From Candidatus Rokuibacteriota bacterium (GTDB lineage: Bacteria > Methylomirabilota > Methylomirabilia > Rokubacteriales > CSP1-6), in the NCBI GenBank assembly GCA_016184305.1, contig JACPCX010000091.1, positions 1 through 12,091 of the forward strand: a DNA stretch of 12,091 bases. Direction: 5' to 3'. Positions 6,776 to 12,091 of this stretch are shown in pieces; positions within the stretch are counted from its first letter, which is position 1; every line of letters starts with the position of its first letter. The position numbers and the translations under genes were made by a program. The notes under the pieces are model-generated. The model searched no databases. It was not told the DNA's origin and saw only the letters and a program-made list of their open reading frames with translations.

Positions 6776-6858
6776 GGAAACCGCGCGGGGGTGGGCATGG
6801 GGCCGCCCCTGGAGCAGCGACACCGCGGCACCCGCTGGGGGGGGGAAGGACAGGACGG

Positions 6859-7620
6859 ATGAGTGATGACCGGAAACTGGCGATGTTCATCGACTTCGAG
6901 AACATCGTCCGAGGCGTGAAGGAGGCCCAGTACAAGGGGTTCGAGATCAAGCTGGTGCTCGAGCGGCTCGTCGAGAAGGGCAAGATCATGGTGAAGCGGG
7001 CGTATGCCGACTGGAACCGCTACGCCGAGTACAAGCGCCCCTTCCACGAGCACGCCATCGAGCTGATCGACGTGCCCCAGAGCCGCTACAGCGGCAAGAA
7101 CTCGGCGGACATCCGGATGGTGGTGGACGCCATGGACCTGGCGTACGCCAAGCAGCACGTGGACACCTTCGCGCTGGTGTCGGGGGACTCGGACTTCTCC
7201 CCGCTCGTGTCCAAGCTCAGGGAGAACGATCGCTACGTGATCGGCCTCGGCGTCAAGTCCTCATCGTCGGAGCTCCTGGTCGGGAACTGCGACGAGTTCA
7301 TCTTCTACGAGGACCTGATCCGCGACTCCAAGAAGACCACGGCCCTGCGCGGGCTACCGGAGAAGAAGGCCGAGGCGTTCGCCCAGCTCATCGAGGCAGT
7401 CCTGGCGCTGCAGCGCGAGAACAAGGACACGCTCTGGGGCTCCATGGTCAAGCAGACCATGATCCGCAAGAACCCCGCGTTCAACGAAAGCTACTACGGC
7501 TACTCGACCTTCTCGAAGCTGCTGGAGGAGGCCGCCAAGCAGAAGATCGTCACGCTCGAGAAAGACGCGAAGAGCGGGACGTACATCATCACCTCCATCG
7601 AGGAGGGGCGCGCCGCTTGA
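6859..7620 (+). CDS. NYN domain (LabA/DUF88, PIN-like RNase) protein with C-terminal OST-HTH/LOTUS domain, 253 aa
   Basis: Acidic motifs FIDFEN, KRAYADW, KNSADIRMVVDA, SGDSDFSPLV. C-terminal PAFNESYYGYSTFSKLLE is LOTUS-like. Confidence 0.92.
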   Translation: MSDDRKLAMFIDFENIVRGVKEAQYKGFEIKLVLERLVEKGKIMVKRAYADWNRYAEYKRPFHEHAIELIDVPQSRYSGKNSADIRMVVDAMDLAYAKQHVDTFALVSGDSDFSPLVSKLRENDRYVIGLGVKSSSSELLVGNCDEFIFYEDLIRDSKKTTALRGLPEKKAEAFAQLIEAVLALQRENKDTLWGSMVKQTMIRKNPAFNESYYGYSTFSKLLEEAAKQKIVTLEKDAKSGTYIITSIEEGRAA

Positions 7621-7648
7621 CGGCGTGCGGGGCCGGCGCGACCGGCGG

Positions 7649-8017
7649 TCAGCGCCGGGTGATGATGGCGATGCGGCCCCGGTCGCTCACGAAGGCCGTG
7701 GCGACCCAGCTGGTCGCGCTCACGAGGAGCGCCCCGCCCACCGCGGACCAGAAGCCGGCCACGTAGAAGCCGTTGACCACGACCGCCACGAACCAGAAGC
7801 ACAGCCCGTTGAGCACCAGCAGGAAGAGGCCCAGCGTGAACAGCGTGATGGGGAGCGTGAGGACCAGCAGGACGGGGCGGATGACGGCGTTGACGATCCC
7901 CAGCAGGAGGCCCGCCCCGAGGGCCGGGACGAGGCCATCCACCTCGATCCCGGGGATCACCGAGCCGGCGAGCACGATCGCCAGCGTGTTCATGACCACC
8001 CTCAGCAGGAATCCCAT
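7649..8017 (-). CDS. 4-TM phage holin-like membrane protein (YvlD/DUF360, holin superfamily IV), 122 aa
   Basis: Signature GIVNAVIRPVLLVLTLPITLFTLGLFLLVLNG and GFWSAVGGALLVS. No phage genes nearby. Confidence 0.88.
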   Translation of the reverse strand: MGFLLRVVMNTLAIVLAGSVIPGIEVDGLVPALGAGLLLGIVNAVIRPVLLVLTLPITLFTLGLFLLVLNGLCFWFVAVVVNGFYVAGFWSAVGGALLVSATSWVATAFVSDRGRIAIITRR

Positions 8018-8114
8018 GGCCGCTCCCTGCGCCGGATCGCGCCGACGTCTTGCCTCGTCACCGGGTCTCGCGTATCCTGAGCCTGTCGCCGCACATCATT
8101 GCGATGGAAGTCTA

Positions 8115-8134
8115 CTATAGCGTCCTATAGCGTC
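8115..8134. repeat. Perfect 10-bp tandem duplication CTATAGCGTC-CTATAGCGTC
   Basis: Directly visible at 8115-8124 and 8125-8134, in the divergent holin/dsbA intergenic region. Confidence 0.9.
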
Positions 8135-8153
8135 GCACCCACGAAAGGGAACA

Positions 8154-8762
8154 GTGACTCGCATCCTGACCCTCACCGCCATGACCGTGGCGCTGTGGGC
8201 CGCCGCGTGCTCGGGGCAGCCGGATCCGCTGGCGGCCGGCGCGCTCACGATGGACCCGCGCCTCATCCGGGGCGCGGCCGCGGCCCCCGTCACTATCGTG
8301 GAGTTCTCCGACTACCAGTGACCCTACTGCAAGCGCGCCCAGCAGGTGCTGGGCCAGATCCTGGCGGAGTTCCCCGGCAAGGTCCGCCTCGTCTTCAAGG
8401 ACTTCCCGCTGGAGTTCCATGCAGGCGCCCGGCCCGCCGCCGAGGCGGCCCGCTGCGCCGCCCAGTCGGGGCGCTACTGGGAGTACCACGACCTGCTGTT
8501 CCTGGCGCAGCCCGAGTTCTCCCGCGAGGATCTCATCCGCTACGCCGCGCGCCTCGGACTCAACCGGGAGGCCTTCACCGCGTGCCTCGACAGCGGGCGG
8601 TTCAGGAAGGACGTCAACGCCGATCTCGCCGAGGGCGGGGCGCTTGGCGTGCGCGGGACGCCCACGTTCTTCATCAACGGCCGGCGCCTCGTGGGCGCCC
8701 ACCCCATCGAGACGTTCCGGGAAGCCGTGCAGGACGCGCTCGAAGATGGCGGTCGCAAGTAG
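8154..8762 (+). CDS. DsbA-family thioredoxin-fold oxidoreductase, probable lipoprotein and selenoprotein (Sec56, in-frame TGA at 8319-8321; UxxC = UPYC), 202 aa
   Basis: GAAAGGGA RBS, then GTG at 8154. Translation MTRILTLTAMTVALWAAAC-SGQPDPLAAGALTMDPRLIRGAAAAPVTIVEFSDYQ-U-PYCKRAQQV runs in frame into the listed 8346..8762 ORF (VRLVFKDFPL, AAEAARCA, cis-Pro GTPTFFING). EFSDYQ-x-PYC is the DsbA CxxC site. Confidence 0.9.
8322..8354 (+). promoter_or_regulatory. Putative bacterial SECIS element of the Sec-DsbA
   Basis: mRNA reads UGA-CCCUACUGCAAGCGC-GCCCAGC-AGGU-GCUGGGC. A perfect 7-bp stem (hairpin at 8337-8354) closes the loop AGGU, 22 nt after the UGA. Confidence 0.78.
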
Positions 8763-8796
8763 CCGCCTCGGCAGCCCCGACCCAGGGAGAGCCCGC

Positions 8797-9129
8797 ATGC
8801 CCGCAGCAGCAGTGAGCCTGTTCGTCAACGCAGCCGACGTCCCCTGGACGGAGCGCCGCCCGGGAGTATTCTGGAAGGTACTCTGGGAGGACCCGGACGG
8901 CCTCCACAAGGCCATTCTCATGCGCTACGCGCCCGGGGCGGCGATCCCCCGTCACCGCCACGTCGGCGACGAGCAGATCTTCGTCCTGGAAGGAGCCGTC
9001 GCCGATGACACCGGCGTCTGCACCGCAGGGAACTATGCCCGGCGTCCCCCGGGCTGCGAGCACACGATCGTGAGCGAGACCGGGGCCGTGGTCTTCGCCG
9101 TCACATCAGGCCCCACGGAGGTAATCTGA
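8797..9129 (+). CDS. Cupin domain protein (ChrR-like), 110 aa
   Basis: GGGAGAG RBS. Cupin metal-site motifs PGAAIPRHRH..DEQIFVLEG and PPGCEHT. Confidence 0.85.
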   Translation: MPAAAVSLFVNAADVPWTERRPGVFWKVLWEDPDGLHKAILMRYAPGAAIPRHRHVGDEQIFVLEGAVADDTGVCTAGNYARRPPGCEHTIVSETGAVVFAVTSGPTEVI

Positions 9130-9130
9130 A

Positions 9131-9382
9131 ATGCAGAGACGCGCACCGCATATCCGGCGAGCCCTTGGCCTGAAGATCCGGTTGCTCCGGCGCGATCGCG
9201 GCTGGAGCCAGGAGGCGCTCGGACAGCACTCCAACCTCAGCGGGAAGTTCATCGGCGAGGTCGAGCGCGGGGAGAAGTCCATCTCCGTGGACAGCCTTTA
9301 CCGAGTCTCCGTCGCGCTCAAGGTACCACTGAGGAAGCTGGTGGACCTGCCGGCACGACCGCAGCAGTCAGCGCGGGGGTAG
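9131..9382 (+). CDS. XRE/Cro-C1 helix-turn-helix transcriptional regulator, 83 aa
   Basis: LGLKIRLLRRDRGWSQEALG...IGEVERGEKSISVDSLYRVSVAL is a typical HTH_3 pattern. It starts 1 nt after the cupin stop. Confidence 0.9.
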   Translation: MQRRAPHIRRALGLKIRLLRRDRGWSQEALGQHSNLSGKFIGEVERGEKSISVDSLYRVSVALKVPLRKLVDLPARPQQSARG

Positions 9383-9497
9383 GCCGCCCGGCACTCGCCG
9401 CGGCACCCGTCGCGCGTGTCGGTTGCGCGCGGACGCGGGCGCGTCTGGAGGAAAACTCCTTGCAGCCCCCTGGGGCACTCCAGTAAGGTCACAGGAC

Positions 9498-9779
9498 ATG
9501 AGTACCGAAACGCTCTGGCTGTCGGTGGGGTTCCTCGGGCAGGCATTCTTCTCGATGCGGTTCCTCGTGCAGTGGATCGCCTCCGAGCGCAAAAAGGAGA
9601 GCGTCATCCCGGTCTCGTTCTGGTTCTTCTCGATCGGCGGCGGGCTGACGCTCCTCATCTACGCGGTGTACCGGCTCGACCCCGTCTTCATCATCGGACA
9701 GGGCGCCGGGCTCTTCGTCTACCTCCGCAACCTCTTCCTCATCCGCCACAAACAGCGTCTGGCCGCGGCCGGCGTCTGA
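9498..9779 (+). CDS. Small membrane protein with lipid A biosynthesis N-terminal (LAB_N) domain, 93 aa
   Basis: AGGA RBS before ATG 9498. Motifs GFLGQAFFSMRFLVQWIASE, SVIPVSFWFFS, DPVFIIGQ, YLRNL. Confidence 0.88.
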   Translation: MSTETLWLSVGFLGQAFFSMRFLVQWIASERKKESVIPVSFWFFSIGGGLTLLIYAVYRLDPVFIIGQGAGLFVYLRNLFLIRHKQRLAAAGV

Positions 9780-9795
9780 CCCGGGGAGACCGTCC

Positions 9796-11022
9796 ATGGA
9801 CTCGAGCATCCAGTGGGGAATGCCGCAGACGCGCCCGATCCTGATGATCCCGGGCCCGACGGAGCTGCCGTGGCCGGTCATCCAGGCCATGAACCAGCCG
9901 CCGACCATCCAGTACGATTACAACTTCGACGTGAAGGTTCTCGAGCCCATCACGCTGAGCCTCCGTGAGGTCTTCCAGTCGCCCCGCGGCGAGGTGATCG
10001 TCATGCCCGGCTCGGGGCGTACCGCGCTCGAGGCGGCGGCGCTGTCCGTGATGGAGCCGGGCGAGCCGGTGGTGGTCATCGTCGCGGGCGTGTTCGGCGT
10101 GCTGATGCGGGAGATCATGACGCGCGTGGGCGCCGAGGTCACGGAGTTCGCCGTGGAATGGGGGCAGCCCATCGACCTCCAGCGCCTCGAGCGCGAGATC
10201 GAGCGCGTCCGGCCCAAGGCGGTCACCCTCGTCCACAACGAGACCTCCACGGGGAGCACCTACCCCGCGGCGGCCGTGGCGGCGCTCGCGAAGCGACACG
10301 GCGCGCTCTTCCTGCTGGACACCGTGTCCTCGCTGGCCGGGCTCGACGTGCGCACCGACGAGTGGGGCGTGGACCTGAACATGACGGGCTCGCAGAAGTG
10401 CCTGGCCGCCCCGCTGGGCATGTCGCTGGTCGCGGTGAGCCCGGCCGCGTGGGACGCCATGGAGCGCCGCAAGCACAAGGCCGGCTCCTTCGTCTACGAC
10501 CTCCTGCGCTGGAAGGAGCAGTGGATCCCGACCTCGCGCGGGGGCCATGTGCCGGACGGCAGCCCGCGGCGGCAGCCGGTGTCCATCCCGACCCACCTGA
10601 CCGCGGCGCTCGGCGAAGCCACGCGCCTCATCCTCGCGGAGGGCCTGCCCCACCGCTTCCGCCGCCACGCCGTGGCGGGCCGGGCGTTCCGCGCCGGGCT
10701 CGATGCCATGCGGATCGAGATGTTCCCGGACCCGACCCTCCTGTCCGACACGGTGGCGTGCTTCAAGGCGCCGGCCGGGATCGACCCGGCGGCGGTGGTC
10801 AAGACCATGCGCGACCGCTACGGCATCCTGATCGGCACCGGGCTCGACAAGCTGCGCGCGACGGCCCTCCGCGTGGGGCACATGGGCATCACGTCGAGCC
10901 CGCTGTACGTGCTGCCGACGCTCTCGGCGCTGGAGATGACGCTCCGCGATCTCGGCTACACGGCCGAGGCCGGCGCCGGGGTGGCCGCCGCCCAGGCCAT
11001 CTTCTCGGCGCAGTCCTCGTGA
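9796..11022 (+). CDS. Class V PLP-dependent aminotransferase (alanine-glyoxylate / serine-pyruvate aminotransferase family), 408 aa
   Basis: Motifs LMIPGPT, GSGRTALEAA, VHNETSTG, DTVSSLAG, PLP-lysine GSQKCL and LRVGHMG. Confidence 0.93.
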   Translation: MDSSIQWGMPQTRPILMIPGPTELPWPVIQAMNQPPTIQYDYNFDVKVLEPITLSLREVFQSPRGEVIVMPGSGRTALEAAALSVMEPGEPVVVIVAGVFGVLMREIMTRVGAEVTEFAVEWGQPIDLQRLEREIERVRPKAVTLVHNETSTGSTYPAAAVAALAKRHGALFLLDTVSSLAGLDVRTDEWGVDLNMTGSQKCLAAPLGMSLVAVSPAAWDAMERRKHKAGSFVYDLLRWKEQWIPTSRGGHVPDGSPRRQPVSIPTHLTAALGEATRLILAEGLPHRFRRHAVAGRAFRAGLDAMRIEMFPDPTLLSDTVACFKAPAGIDPAAVVKTMRDRYGILIGTGLDKLRATALRVGHMGITSSPLYVLPTLSALEMTLRDLGYTAEAGAGVAAAQAIFSAQSS

Positions 11023-11865
11023 TCGTCGTCCCGGACGACTTCCCGTCGGTCTTCGCCGGCAGCGCCGCCCACGAGCGGGCGAAACAGCTCGGCGAGGTGC
11101 GCGTTTACTCCGAGCGCGGGGCCGACGACGAGGCCGAGCTGATCCGGCGCATCGGCAAGGCGCGTGTGGCCGTGAACATCCGGGCGCATGCCCGCTTCAC
11201 CGACGGCGTCTTCATCGCCTGCCCCACCCTGAAGATGGTCTCCGTCTGGGGCACCGGCACTGACAACGTGGACCTCAATACCGCCGGCATGCGCGGCGTC
11301 ACCGTCTGCAACACCCCCGGCGTCAACGCCTTCGCCGTCGCCGAACACGCGCTCACGCTCATGCTGGCCGTGGCGCGGAAGATCACGATCCTCGACCGTG
11401 AGATGCGCGCCGGCAAGTGGCCGCGCGAGATGCTCACCCAGCTTCTGGGCAAGACGCTCGGCGTCTTCGGGATGGGCACCATCGGCAGGCGGATGGCGGC
11501 CCTCGGGCGGGGAATCGGGATGGGCGTGCTCGGGTGGAGCGCCACGGGGGATGAGGGGCGCATCCGGGCCGCGGGGGCGACGCCCTGCGGCAAGGAGGAG
11601 ATCCTGCGTCGGGCCGACGTGGTGAGCCTCCACATGCGGCTCACCTCGGAGACGCGGGGCTTCATCGGCAAGAAGGAGCTGGCGGTCATGAAGCCCTCGG
11701 CGATCCTCGTCAACACCGGACGGGGCGCGCTGGTGGAGCGTGACGCCCTGCTGGCGGCGCTGCGGGAGCGGCAGATCATGGGGGCCGGGCTCGATGTCTT
11801 CCACCAGGAGCCGCTGCCGCCTCAAGGGCAAGCCCACCGACATCGTCGTCGCCCCGGTCCGCTGA
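11019..11865 (+). pseudogene. D-isomer-specific 2-hydroxyacid dehydrogenase (SerA/hydroxypyruvate reductase-like) with a frameshifting internal deletion near the 3' end
   Basis: GTG start overlaps the aminotransferase stop (GTGA). Motifs GTGTDNVD, CNTPG, AVAEH, GVFGMGTIG, VSLH, VNTGRG, GLDVFHQEPLP. After 11820 the frame becomes non-protein-like with no stop inside the window, which is why the ORF track omits it. A normal-looking tail LKGKPTDIVVAPVR* lies in the +1 frame at 11821-11865. Confidence 0.8.
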
Positions 11866-11895
11866 CCCGCGCCGGGCCGGGGCGCGTCGGATCCC

Positions 11896-12091
11896 TCACG
11901 CCTCCGCGAGCGCCTCCCGCAGGACCTCGGCGGGGTGCTTGGCGCGCCGGCCGGCGAGGTGCTCGATCTGCTGGCGGCAGGAGATGCCGGGTGCCACCAC
12001 CTCGGTGTCGGCCGCCGCGGCCTGGACGGCGGGGGCCAGGCGGCGATTGCCCAGCGTCACGGACAGCTCGTAATGCTCCTTCTCGAAACCG
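11896..12091 (-). CDS. C-terminus of an FAD-linked/Fe-S (CCG-domain) oxidoreductase (YdiJ/GlpC/GlcF-like); gene starts beyond the window
   Basis: Minus-strand translation GFEKEHYELSVTLGNRRLAPAVQAAAADTEVVAPGISCRQQIEHLAGRRAKHPAEVLREALAEA* has the G-x-S-C-R-x-Q-I and H-P motifs. TGA at 11896-11898. Confidence 0.85.
   Translation of the reverse strand, partial: GFEKEHYELSVTLGNRRLAPAVQAAAADTEVVAPGISCRQQIEHLAGRRAKHPAEVLREALAEA

Noticed and set aside
6837..6845. G9 homopolymer in the NYN 5' UTR as a phase-variation switch
   Set aside because: It lies outside the CDS and outside the promoter spacer, so a length change has no obvious effect. G runs are unremarkable at this GC content.
6859..7620. 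NYN protein as part of a toxin-antitoxin or anti-phage system
   Set aside because: It is a standalone gene with its own promoter and host-like codon usage, and no partner gene. NYN-LOTUS proteins are widespread.
7649..9382. Prophage remnant suggested by the holin-like gene and XRE regulator
   Set aside because: YvlD/DUF360 proteins and XRE regulators are common chromosomal genes. No integrase, endolysin, structural genes or att-like repeats are visible.
706..11843. Long antisense ORFs (e.g. 706..1284, 1248..2351, 2853..4238, 4457..5407, 8115..8921, 9739..10881, 10956..11843)
   Set aside because: They mirror well-supported genes on the opposite strand, as expected from high-GC codon bias, and show no family motifs.
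11868..11886. GC hairpin CGCGCC-N7-GGCGCG between convergent genes as an intrinsic terminator
   Set aside because: Short stem with no U-tract on either strand, which is expected by chance at this GC content.
1..12091. Genome-wide UGA reassignment (genetic code 4 or 25) as the explanation for the in-frame TGAs
   Set aside because: TGA is the real stop of most genes here, several in ATGA/GTGA overlaps. The two internal TGAs fall on catalytic Cys positions rather than Trp or Gly positions, and Trp is encoded by TGG.

Overview
High-GC bacterial window (roughly 70% GC by eye) densely packed with redox, envelope and metabolic genes. I found no RNA genes, CRISPR arrays or intact mobile elements. 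The main result is two probable selenoproteins that the ORF track splits at an in-frame TGA. The first is an AhpC/TSA peroxiredoxin-like protein (736..1206, -) with UGA at the peroxidatic-Cys position (FYCFDWGSI-U-TPE). The second is a DsbA-family lipoprotein (8154..8762, +) with a U-P-Y-C active site. Each UGA is followed 20-22 nt downstream by a hairpin with a GGU-containing apical loop, as expected for a bacterial SECIS. The peroxiredoxin ends a minus-strand run: DoxX, GT2, GT87/GT-C-like membrane glycosyltransferase, radical SAM (SPASM/Twitch), sulfite-oxidase-like molybdoenzyme, FMN alpha-hydroxy acid oxidase, Sec-peroxiredoxin. Other genes encode an MFS transporter (3' end), NYN/LOTUS protein, holin-like protein, cupin, XRE regulator, LAB_N membrane protein, class V aminotransferase, and an FAD/Fe-S oxidoreductase (3' end). 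Apparent scars include an orphan OmpR/PhoB-type C-terminal tail in frame behind the radical SAM stop, a D-2-hydroxyacid dehydrogenase with a frameshifting deletion of its catalytic-His region, and a perfect 10-bp tandem duplication upstream of dsbA. All family calls come from motif recognition, not database searches.
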